64,000 nucleotides of DNA from the NCBI GenBank assembly GCA_031418035.1, contig JANOWU010000051.1:20803-84802 (forward strand), written 5' to 3'. Source of the stretch: Acidimicrobiia bacterium. Lineage in GTDB: Bacteria; Actinomycetota; Acidimicrobiia; Acidimicrobiales; JANYDT01. Under the pieces are notes generated by a model. The model was given only the letters and a program-made list of their open reading frames with translations. It did not search any database and had not been told where the DNA came from. The number at the start of each line of letters is the position of its first letter. Positions within the stretch are counted from its first letter, which is position 1. Shown in pieces: positions 31,941-40,347 of this stretch. The translations under genes and the position numbers were made by a program.

Positions 31941-32459
31941 TTACTTGAAGTCTTCTGGAGAAATATCGTCAATGAACTTACGAAATTCATCGACGATCGC
32001 CGTGTCATCCGCGGGCGCCGATTCCACCTTCTGCACGGCAAGGTCCGGCACGGCACATTCGTCGAGCACCCGATCGTTCACGAGAATGCGAGCATTGGCC
32101 CGAACAGCCAGGGCAATCGCGTCGCTCGGCCTGCTGGAAACCACCTCGCGACGTCCGACCGCCGTGTCGGGTCGGGCAACGCTCAGATGCAACTCGGCAT
32201 AGAACACCCGTTGTCGGTACTCGGTGATCACGATTTGATCGAGCGCAACGCCCGTCGCGTCCATCGTGGCCAGGAACAGGTCATGGGTCATGGGCCGGTG
32301 GGGACGCTTTTCCTCGAGCGCCGACTTGATGGCGGCCGCTTCCGCCATGCCGATGAAGATCGGCAGGATTCGATTCGAACCATCGCTGGGACGCAGTTCC
32401 AAAAAGGGCTGCTTCGTGGTTTCTTCGATTCGCACATCTACGAGTTCCAGTTCAACCAC
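31941..32459 (-). CDS. Bifunctional nuclease-family protein (DUF151)
   Basis: 172 aa. LPIFIGMAEAAAI, HRPMTHDL, ITEYRQRVFYAELHL are typical of the DUF151 family that pairs with a MerR gene in actinobacteria. Confidence 0.8.
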   Translation of the reverse strand: MVELELVDVRIEETTKQPFLELRPSDGSNRILPIFIGMAEAAAIKSALEEKRPHRPMTHDLFLATMDATGVALDQIVITEYRQRVFYAELHLSVARPDTAVGRREVVSSRPSDAIALAVRANARILVNDRVLDECAVPDLAVQKVESAPADDTAIVDEFRKFIDDISPEDFK

Positions 32460-32486
32460 GATTGCTCTACGCCTCCCTCCACGACC

Positions 32487-33146
32487 CTACAAGCTCCGCG
32501 AACCCTTCGCGATCGCGCGGCTGCGAAGTTCGCTGAGGACCGCCTCGCCGCGCGGACTGAGCCGATAGCCGACGGTCAGGCTCTCGGTGAGGCCCATCTC
32601 CTTCAATCGTCGGACCGACGCTTTGAAGACCACCGTTTCGAGGCCCTCCGACTCCGCAAGTTCGGGCGCTCGCCGCCCCGGCCACGTGGCGATCAACTCC
32701 AACGTCGCCATGGTCCAATTCACCCGACCGGCGCCGGTGCGCGGGGCGTCCATGCGCTCCAGCCGAGCGATGATCTCCTGAAAGTCCGCGGGCGACAGAT
32801 CGGTGGAAGTTCGAAGGGCAACTCGGGCGTCGACGCCGCCCGGCGTCAACTCGATGCGATAGATCAAGCTGTCCTGCGTCGGACTGGCGGTACGCCCTCG
32901 CACGGATCCCGTCCGCTCCCGGAACAACTCATGGCGTACCTCGTCGGCCGACGCGTGACCTGCCCGGCGGGCGTCGGCATCGGAGATCGTTTCCGGATCG
33001 ATCACGACGACGTCGACAATGTCGACCTCCCCTCGCGCCGTGCGCAGACGACTACCTGCTTTCACCGTTGGTTTGCGCCAACGTCGAAACGCAAGGTCAA
33101 CCTCGCCAGCGAATATGGCGTCACGGATCCGATTCGTGAGCAACAC
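32487..33146 (-). CDS. Hypothetical protein, ASCH/PUA-like N-terminal region plus winged-helix-like C-terminal region
   Basis: 219 aa. The N-terminal IRDAIFAGEVDLAFRRWRKPTVKAG pattern is ASCH-like. The C-terminus (LKEMGLTESLTVGYRLSPRGEAVL) looks like a wHTH. Family-level guess only. Confidence 0.55.
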   Translation of the reverse strand: MLLTNRIRDAIFAGEVDLAFRRWRKPTVKAGSRLRTARGEVDIVDVVVIDPETISDADARRAGHASADEVRHELFRERTGSVRGRTASPTQDSLIYRIELTPGGVDARVALRTSTDLSPADFQEIIARLERMDAPRTGAGRVNWTMATLELIATWPGRRAPELAESEGLETVVFKASVRRLKEMGLTESLTVGYRLSPRGEAVLSELRSRAIAKGSRSL

Positions 33147-33165
33147 GGGTACGCGCTCCCCGAAC

Positions 33166-34392
33166 CTAGAACTGATACCCCTTGGGGATCACCACGACGC
33201 CACCATCGGAAATCGTGAAACCCCGAGCCCGATCAACTTCCAGGTCGACCCCGACCTGCGTCAATTCGGGGATATGCACCCCTTTGTCGACAATGGCGCG
33301 TCGGACTATCGCGCTGGCTCCCACTCGTACCTCGGGCATCAAGATCGAGTCGGTCACCACCGAATGATCATCGACGTAGACACCGGGCGAGATGATGGAT
33401 CGTTCGACGTGCCCACCGGACACAATCGTGCCCTGGCACAACAGCGACGCGACAGCCGAACCCGGCGACCACGATGGTCCCTGGACGAGTTTCGCCGGAG
33501 GCAAAGGTGACGTCCCGGCAAAAACCGGCCACTTCATGTTGTAAAGGTCGAAGGCCGGTGCGGGAGCGATGAGATCCATGTTCGCTGCGTAGTACGCATC
33601 GAGTGTGCCGACATCGCGCCAGTATCCGCGGCCTTGGGGATGCTGACCCGGAATCTCGTTCAGGTCGAAGTCGTACCAGGCCGCACAGCCTTCTGCGGTC
33701 AGATTCGGAATGATGTTGCCACCAAGGTCGTGCTTACTGGATTCATCGGCGGCGTCTTTGGTAACGGCCTCGACGAGCACCTCGGTGTCGAAGACATAGT
33801 TCCCCATACTGGCCAGGCACATGTCCGGACGATTCGGCATCGTCGGTGGGTTCGCCGCCTTCTCATGAAACGCCTTGATTCGGTCACCCTCGACCTCCAT
33901 GACGCCGAAGTCACGGGCCTCTTCAATCGTCGTCGGAATACCGGCCACCGTGACGCCTGCTCCCACGGACTGATGATGCTCGATCATCTGGCGAGGATCC
34001 ATGCGGTAGATGTGGTCGGCACCGAACACGCACACGATGTCGGGACGTTCGTCGCTGATCAGGTTCAGGTTCTGGAAGATTGCATCGGCACTACCGACGA
34101 ACCATCGCGGTCCCTGGCGCATCTGCGCGGGAACGGGTGTTACATAGTTGCCGAGCAGTGTGGAAAAGCGCCACGTCGCCGAAATGTGGCGATCGAGGCT
34201 GTGGCTCTTGTATTGCGTGAGCACCACGATCTGGAGATATCGGGCGTTCGCGAAGTTCGACAGAACGAAATCGACCAGCCGGTAGTTCCCGCCAAACGGG
34301 ACAGCGGGTTTCGCCCGGTCGGCGGTGAGTGGGTACAGCCGCTTGCCCTCCCCGCCTGCGAGGACCATCACAAGGACTTTTGGCTCAGCCAT
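33166..34392 (-). CDS. glgC: Glucose-1-phosphate adenylyltransferase
   Basis: Start at ATG 34392 (MAEPKVLVMVLAGGEGKRLYPLTADRAKPAVPFGG). The 527-aa ORF-track version runs into glgA. 408 aa is typical. Confidence 0.93.
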   Translation of the reverse strand: MAEPKVLVMVLAGGEGKRLYPLTADRAKPAVPFGGNYRLVDFVLSNFANARYLQIVVLTQYKSHSLDRHISATWRFSTLLGNYVTPVPAQMRQGPRWFVGSADAIFQNLNLISDERPDIVCVFGADHIYRMDPRQMIEHHQSVGAGVTVAGIPTTIEEARDFGVMEVEGDRIKAFHEKAANPPTMPNRPDMCLASMGNYVFDTEVLVEAVTKDAADESSKHDLGGNIIPNLTAEGCAAWYDFDLNEIPGQHPQGRGYWRDVGTLDAYYAANMDLIAPAPAFDLYNMKWPVFAGTSPLPPAKLVQGPSWSPGSAVASLLCQGTIVSGGHVERSIISPGVYVDDHSVVTDSILMPEVRVGASAIVRRAIVDKGVHIPELTQVGVDLEVDRARGFTISDGGVVVIPKGYQF

Positions 34393-34436
34393 GAATTGAT
34401 CGTAGGCCGGAACGTCGCGTCGAAGCGACCGAGACG

Positions 34437-35867
34437 TCACACCGTCGGATGGACCTCGCTCAAGACGTCTCGATAGACGGCAACGTATTGCGCAGCAGGG
34501 CCCGTCCACGACCAATCGTGATTCATGCCGTTGGCCACGATTTTCGAACGTCGGGTGCGTGAGCGCCACGCGTTTGTGGCGCGATGCAACGCATCGACCA
34601 AACCGGCACCGCTGTTGTGGGGCGAACGAAAACCGTTGCCTTGATCGGGATTGGTATCGGCGTCGATGACGGTGTCGACGAGGCCGCCCACACTCGAGGT
34701 TACGGGGATCGACCCGTACGCCATGGCCTGCATCTGTGCAAGTCCGCACGGTTCGAAGCGGCTCGGCATCGCGAACAGGTCCGACCCCGCAAACATGCGA
34801 TGCGCCAACCCGAGGTCGTAGCCTTCTCGGAACCCGACCAACGAATCATCGCCTGACGCAAGTTGGTGAAGCGCAGCTGACAACGCAGGGTCGCCGGCGC
34901 CGAGGACCACGAGCGACGCTCCCCACGAACTCAGATACTGCGCGGCGTCGAGCAGCAGATCAACGCCCTTTTGGTCGACCAAGCGACTCACCATCGCTAT
35001 CACCGGCCCGGACGCATTCGCAGCAAGGCCGAATTCGTCCAGCAAGGCGGCCCGACATGCCTTTCGACCAACGAGCCGTTTCGCGCTGTAACGAGCCGGA
35101 AGAAATTCGTCGAATTCAGGATTCCACTCGCCAGCGTCGATGCCGTTGAGAATCCCAAGGACGGCCGGGCCACGCGAAATCAGAACGTCTTCGAGACCGC
35201 AACCAAACTCCGGCAGCAATATCTCTTTCGCATAGTTCGGACTCACGGCGATCACTCGATCCGCAAGTTCCACCGCGCCACCCAACGGATTCGTGGCCCC
35301 GAAACATTCATATGCGCGCAGTACAACATCGTGACGTAGTGATCCCGGCTTCGAGCCCACCATCCGATCGAGCCACATGCCACTCGTGATTCCCTGGTGG
35401 GCCAGGTTGTGAACGCTGAACACCGATGGTATGTGTACTGATAAAAATCCGAGCGTCGCCCCCGTATGCCAATCGTTGAGATGAAGCACATCGATGCCTC
35501 GGATCTCCGCAAGCAGCGCAACCGCCGCCGAGAACCCAAGGAATCGATGATCGTTATCCGCCCAACCCTGACCTGTCGTTGTCTCGACGTACGGATGAGG
35601 ACGCGCGATCCCCACGAAACTCACCAGCGTCACGTCGCCAAATCCGACGAGTTCCCCCCGACGTGCGGAGACGGGACCCAACCAATCAGGTCCCTCGAGC
35701 TTCGTGACGACCTCGCGCTCAAGTGGCGTGTCGAAGTAGTCGGGCACGACCGCCTCGACGTCGGTGCCGGCTTCACGAAGCGCACGAATGAGTCCGCTCG
35801 CCGCCTCAGCAAGCCCGCCAACACGGACAAGTGGCGCGAGCTCGGCCGTCGCAAAGAGAACCTTCAT
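34437..35867 (-). CDS. glgA: Glycogen synthase (ADP-glucose type, GT5)
   Basis: 476 aa. N-terminal MKVLFATAELAPLVRVGGLAEA (K/R-x-GGL motif); C-terminal PSRFEPCGLAQMQAMAYGSIPV. Confidence 0.9.
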   Translation of the reverse strand: MKVLFATAELAPLVRVGGLAEAASGLIRALREAGTDVEAVVPDYFDTPLEREVVTKLEGPDWLGPVSARRGELVGFGDVTLVSFVGIARPHPYVETTTGQGWADNDHRFLGFSAAVALLAEIRGIDVLHLNDWHTGATLGFLSVHIPSVFSVHNLAHQGITSGMWLDRMVGSKPGSLRHDVVLRAYECFGATNPLGGAVELADRVIAVSPNYAKEILLPEFGCGLEDVLISRGPAVLGILNGIDAGEWNPEFDEFLPARYSAKRLVGRKACRAALLDEFGLAANASGPVIAMVSRLVDQKGVDLLLDAAQYLSSWGASLVVLGAGDPALSAALHQLASGDDSLVGFREGYDLGLAHRMFAGSDLFAMPSRFEPCGLAQMQAMAYGSIPVTSSVGGLVDTVIDADTNPDQGNGFRSPHNSGAGLVDALHRATNAWRSRTRRSKIVANGMNHDWSWTGPAAQYVAVYRDVLSEVHPTV

Positions 35868-35891
35868 GAGAACTAGACCCTATGCGAGCGA

Positions 35892-36860
35892 GTGTGGGCC
35901 ATGTTGCTTCGACTCGCGGACACCTGGCACGCTAGGACCATGACACGTCGCTCGCTCTTGGACACCGACCTGCAACTCGGGGAAGCAACCGGGCGGGTCG
36001 TGGCCCTCATCGGCGAGATGAGCGGAAAGTATCCGTCGGGAAACAGCGTTCTTGTTTCCGGGACGGAGGAGTCGATACTCATCGACCCCTCGTTGACGGT
36101 CCACGACCGCGGTGGGGCGCCGGGTCGAGTAGACCGCATGCTGGTCAGCCACGCCCACGAGGACCACCTCGCCGGATGTTCGATGTTTCCCGACGCGAAA
36201 CTCCATGCCCATCACGAAGACCTTCTCGGCCTCCACTCGATCGAGGGCGTCCTCACGCTGTACGGATTCGCCGAGCCTCTTCGTTCGGAATGGCCGAAAA
36301 CGCTGATCGAAGAGTTTCACTACGTTCCACGGGAGGACGCCACCGGATTCTCTGATGGACACCGCTTCGATCTCGGTGGTATCGCCGTCGAGGTTGTCCA
36401 TCTTCCGGGCCACACCCGAGGGCACAGTGGCTTTCTCATCGAACCCGACGGCGTGTTGTTCGTCGCCGACATCGACCTGACCGGTTTCGGGCCCTATTAC
36501 GGCGACCACTGGTCCGATCTCGAAGATTTCGAACGCTCGATCGAGCGCGTCGCCGCTATCGACGCAAAGCACTACGTGACGTTCCACCACAAGGGTGTGG
36601 TGAGCAACCGGGGCGAGTTCCTCGAGCAGCTCCGAGCGTTCCAAGACGTCATCACCAAGCGTGACGTACGTCTACTCCATTTCCTGGGCGAACCCAAGAC
36701 TATGGACGACATCGTCGGCGACCATTTCATCTATCGGCCCGGTTCGGCGCCCGTCTTCGCCGAACACGTCGAACGACGCTCGATGACGATGCACCTCGCT
36801 CGCCAACTCCGCCTCGGAACAGTTACCGAGATCGAGCCTGGCCTGTATCGGGCTGCGTAA
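35892..36860 (+). CDS. MBL-fold metallo-hydrolase
   Basis: H-x-H-x-D-H motif in MLVSHAHEDHLAG, plus VVHLPGHTRGH. GTG 35892 or ATG 35901 start. The 3' end overlaps the convergent glycosyltransferase gene by 38 nt. Confidence 0.8.
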   Translation: MWAMLLRLADTWHARTMTRRSLLDTDLQLGEATGRVVALIGEMSGKYPSGNSVLVSGTEESILIDPSLTVHDRGGAPGRVDRMLVSHAHEDHLAGCSMFPDAKLHAHHEDLLGLHSIEGVLTLYGFAEPLRSEWPKTLIEEFHYVPREDATGFSDGHRFDLGGIAVEVVHLPGHTRGHSGFLIEPDGVLFVADIDLTGFGPYYGDHWSDLEDFERSIERVAAIDAKHYVTFHHKGVVSNRGEFLEQLRAFQDVITKRDVRLLHFLGEPKTMDDIVGDHFIYRPGSAPVFAEHVERRSMTMHLARQLRLGTVTEIEPGLYRAA

Positions 36861-38292
36861 GGTCCTGATTCGTTGCGTGCCCGTTCAACGGGACGCGACG
36901 AAGGCTACCGGTTCGGCCCGTTCGTACGTCTTCGGCCAAAGCAAGCATCTCCTCGACATATCGGTCCCAGTCCAAGCGCTCGGCCAATGTCGCACGGACT
37001 TCGCGAACACGTCGCTCGTGCGACTCGAGGACACCTCGGTCGTCGAGAAGTTGCGTGATCGTGGTGAACCACTTCAACTGGTCGAACGGGTCGATGTGGA
37101 TGGCAGCACCCAGCCCTGCCTCGACAACAGCGGGAGTGTCCGAGGCAACGCACACCTTCCCGTGAGCCGTGCTCTCGACAACCGGAAGGCCCCATCCCTC
37201 ATAGAACGACGTCAGCATCGTGAAAAGGCAATTGTTGTAAAGCCAGGCGAGCTCTGCATCACTCACGTCGTGGCGGACATCGACAACGCCGTCGAGCAAC
37301 GGGTTGAGTTCCAAACCGAGCATCAAGTCATCGACCCGCCAGCCCCGTCGACCGACAACGACCAGTTTTGGCGCTGCTTCGCCGCGTTGTTCGACCAACC
37401 GCTCCCAAATGGCGAAGGCGAGGCGATGGTTCTTCCGCGGCTCGATCGTGCCAACCAGCAATACAAACGGCCCGTCGACGAACGGTTCTGTGTCCTTGGA
37501 ACTGTCGGATATGGACTCTTCTCCATCCAACGCAACGAAATCGGCTCCGAGCATGATGACGGCCGTTGTCGGAAGTGGCAGGTCCTCATGCTCGGCGAAC
37601 ATCTCCAGGTCACGTTCTGAGGTCCTCGATATGCAACTGATCGCGTCGGCGGTATGCAAGAGATCGACAAAATGACGGCCATAGAACGCGGAAGACGAAC
37701 CAATGAATTGCGGGAACAGGACCGGAATTAGGTCGTAACACGTAAGGATCACGTGGAACCCAACTTGGCGCTTCAACGCGTAGAGGTGCGCATAACTATT
37801 GGAATCCCAGTCCAAGCCAACCGAAACGTATACATCGCCGGCCCGAAGCACAGCCGTGGTGGTAGCTAAAGGTCGGGTGTTTGTGGACCGTTTGATCGCC
37901 TCCGGACGGGCCAGTGACCGGGAAAGGGCGAGCCGCGTATGACGAACCGCCGCCCAATAATCGGCGCGAGCCGGAGCCGGCACCCATTGCTCGGCGTATC
38001 TGACCGCCCGTTTCGCGGCGACGATCAGCTGCCGCTTCCTCGTGAGCGCCGACACCGGTTCCGGAAGCGAATCGTCCGACGCCGACTCTTCCTCGGCGCC
38101 CGCCACTATACTTCGAACTTCTGCCAGTGGAACTTCCGCGTAGGCCCTCGACTCGGCGTCGTAGCGTACGAACATCGCGTGCTCCCGAACAAGGAGTCGG
38201 CGGGCAAGCATCCGTTCCGTACGCGTGATTCCAACGTCGCGTGTCGTCCAACGATAGAGAGTCGAAATGTCGAGAACGATTCGACCGGTCAT
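36823..38292 (-). CDS. Glycosyltransferase family 4 (GT-B fold)
   Basis: 489 aa. ATGA overlap with the upstream gene. LLVGTIEPRKNHRL, KLVVVGRRGW, SFYEGWGLPVVESTAHGKVCVASD. Confidence 0.85.
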   Translation of the reverse strand: MTGRIVLDISTLYRWTTRDVGITRTERMLARRLLVREHAMFVRYDAESRAYAEVPLAEVRSIVAGAEEESASDDSLPEPVSALTRKRQLIVAAKRAVRYAEQWVPAPARADYWAAVRHTRLALSRSLARPEAIKRSTNTRPLATTTAVLRAGDVYVSVGLDWDSNSYAHLYALKRQVGFHVILTCYDLIPVLFPQFIGSSSAFYGRHFVDLLHTADAISCISRTSERDLEMFAEHEDLPLPTTAVIMLGADFVALDGEESISDSSKDTEPFVDGPFVLLVGTIEPRKNHRLAFAIWERLVEQRGEAAPKLVVVGRRGWRVDDLMLGLELNPLLDGVVDVRHDVSDAELAWLYNNCLFTMLTSFYEGWGLPVVESTAHGKVCVASDTPAVVEAGLGAAIHIDPFDQLKWFTTITQLLDDRGVLESHERRVREVRATLAERLDWDRYVEEMLALAEDVRTGRTGSLRRVPLNGHATNQDLTQPDTGQARSR

Positions 38293-39479
38293 CGGGCAGA
38301 CCCGACAGACGCAAGGAGGGACTCGACCGAGCGCACCAATGGAGTCAACGACTGCTCCCAGAGCAACGAATCGGTTCCCGACCGTTGAAAGCGTCGAATG
38401 CTCGTCGTTGTCAGCGTTTCGAGCAATGCCCGACGAAACGTGTTCGGCTCATCTGCGATAACAACACCCGGAGAATCGGCGAACTGCTCAAAGCCTCGGA
38501 AGGCATGGCTGGTGGCCACGATGGGCTTGTCGGTCACGAGGGCCTCCGCAGTCTTCAAATTGGTTCCACCGCCGACAAGAATCGGCAACACGATGCAGTC
38601 GGACGCCTCCAATAGCGCACCGAGGGACTTCTCGTCGAGCACACCGACAAGTCCCACCCGGGCCGGGTTTGATGCTGGCGCCGCCTTCGCTTTCTTGTGG
38701 TTGAACAATGATCCCGATACGCCTCCGGCAACGACGACAACGGCGGTCGGGGGCAGGAAACCGAGCGACGGACCGAGCATCGACCAGAAGCCCTCAACGT
38801 TGGGCGGATGACCACTGGCCACGAACAGCGCCGTGCGTCGTGGCGCGTAGGAGTTACGCCACATTGCGACGGCCGAAGGGTCAGCCCGCCGAAGACGGGT
38901 TCCGTTCTTCGCGACGATCGCCGAGGTCCCCATGGAAGCGAACCACGTAGCATCGTGATCGCTGACGGCGACCACGAGATCTGCCCGGCCAGCGGCATCA
39001 AGTTCCAAGGCCAGGATTTCGTCGACGACGCTCTGGTAGCGCAGCGCCTCGCCTCCGAGTATCCCTCGCTTGAGTTCATGCTCCACATTCTGAGATGAGT
39101 ACACGAGCGGACCACGATCCTTCAACATGTCCACGGCGGGAAGAAGCCACGGTTGCTCGAGGACCACGGCATCGGGCCGGAAATTATTGGCCGCTTCGAT
39201 CACCTGACCTCGAACGGTCGCATCGCTTCGAAGCAACTGCGAAATTCCAAGGTCATAGCACTCCATCGGAAGCCCCGTTTCGGCCAAGAGTCGGCGGGGA
39301 ATCACAACGGTGTGTTGATCGTGTTCTGGTCCCGGGTAGAAGCCCTCGACAACAACACTCACGGTTCGAACCTTGTGCCCGGCGGCCCGAAGACGTTCTT
39401 GGATAGCTAGAACACGGTGCTGCCCGCCGTGAAGCGGACGTTTCACCGGGTAAGGAGACAGCTGAAGAATGGAGGCCAT
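38289..39479 (-). CDS. Glycosyltransferase (GT-B fold, GT1/GT4-like)
   Basis: 396 aa. The N-terminal PYPVKRPLHGGQHR and C-terminal VVVAGG...LPILVGGGTNLKTAEALVTDKPIVAT patterns fit a GT-B sugar-nucleotide enzyme. Weaker match than the neighbours. Confidence 0.7.
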   Translation of the reverse strand: MASILQLSPYPVKRPLHGGQHRVLAIQERLRAAGHKVRTVSVVVEGFYPGPEHDQHTVVIPRRLLAETGLPMECYDLGISQLLRSDATVRGQVIEAANNFRPDAVVLEQPWLLPAVDMLKDRGPLVYSSQNVEHELKRGILGGEALRYQSVVDEILALELDAAGRADLVVAVSDHDATWFASMGTSAIVAKNGTRLRRADPSAVAMWRNSYAPRRTALFVASGHPPNVEGFWSMLGPSLGFLPPTAVVVVAGGVSGSLFNHKKAKAAPASNPARVGLVGVLDEKSLGALLEASDCIVLPILVGGGTNLKTAEALVTDKPIVATSHAFRGFEQFADSPGVVIADEPNTFRRALLETLTTTSIRRFQRSGTDSLLWEQSLTPLVRSVESLLASVGSAR

Positions 39480-39494
39480 TTCAGAGGATCAGTG

Positions 39495-40298
39495 TCAAGG
39501 TTTCTTGCGGAAGAACATGCTGAACGACGTCCAAATCATGCCCTCCTCGATAAGCACGATGTGGGGGCTCGTGGCCAGTCGGCCCGAGCTCGGAATATCG
39601 ACCGGGTAACGGATAAGTGATTCCGAAATCGACAGATCCGGAGTCCCACCGACCAGTTCCACGGCCGAGTTCGTCAGAAACATATCTTCGAGTTCGCTCC
39701 ACTGGAAATAGTCAGTGTGCGTATGATCCGTGACGATCAGCTCCGTGATGATGCAGACGACCCCACCTGGCCGCACGACTCTGATCATCTCTTCGAAGCT
39801 TTTGCGCTGAATCTCGCGTGAACCAAAATGCTCGATCGAGGACAACGAGAAGGAAAAGTCGAACGAGTCGTTTTCGAACCGTAAGTCGTCTCCTGCCATC
39901 CGCAGGACTTCCAGATGGCTGTGACGATACGGGAAGGGCGCGAAGAGCTGCGGGTCTTCGAGCATCAACGGCGTTCCCTCATGCTGTGGGTTGTCGTAAA
40001 GGTCCGTCGCAACCATCTTCGCAATGTGATTGGCAAACCAGTACAGAGGACGCTCGGATCCAGCCCCGACGGCAAGGGCCGTTGCTGACTCATTGATGAC
40101 ACCTAGGTCGCGTAGGCCCTGCACACAAATCGCGTACTCCCAAGACTTGCGATGGATGCCAACGGGGTCAGCCATTTCCCGCATCAGGTCGGTCAGTGGT
40201 GTTCCCGGCTCCCAGTCATGGATGTCTGGCACACGGTTCAAGGAAGCTCGCGTTCGCTCCCGCATCTCGTGGTCAGGGAGGATCAGAAATTTAGGCAC
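39495..40298 (-). CDS. Class I SAM-dependent methyltransferase
   Basis: GTG 40298 preceded by GAAAGGAACC. 267 aa. ALAVGAGSERP (motif I-like), FDFSFSLSSIEHF, VVRPGGVVCIITE. Confidence 0.78.
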   Translation of the reverse strand: MPKFLILPDHEMRERTRASLNRVPDIHDWEPGTPLTDLMREMADPVGIHRKSWEYAICVQGLRDLGVINESATALAVGAGSERPLYWFANHIAKMVATDLYDNPQHEGTPLMLEDPQLFAPFPYRHSHLEVLRMAGDDLRFENDSFDFSFSLSSIEHFGSREIQRKSFEEMIRVVRPGGVVCIITELIVTDHTHTDYFQWSELEDMFLTNSAVELVGGTPDLSISESLIRYPVDIPSSGRLATSPHIVLIEEGMIWTSFSMFFRKKP

Positions 40299-40347
40299 CG
40301 CTGGTTCCTTTCTGGACCGGCAAAGTGAAGAGTCCGGTGTTCCGGAC

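Noticed and set aside
34393-34749. 119-codon N-terminal extension of glgC offered by the ORF track
   Set aside because: It overlaps the 3' end of glgA and is Arg-rich. The canonical GlgC N-terminus (MAEPKVLVMVLAGGEGKRL) starts at 34392.
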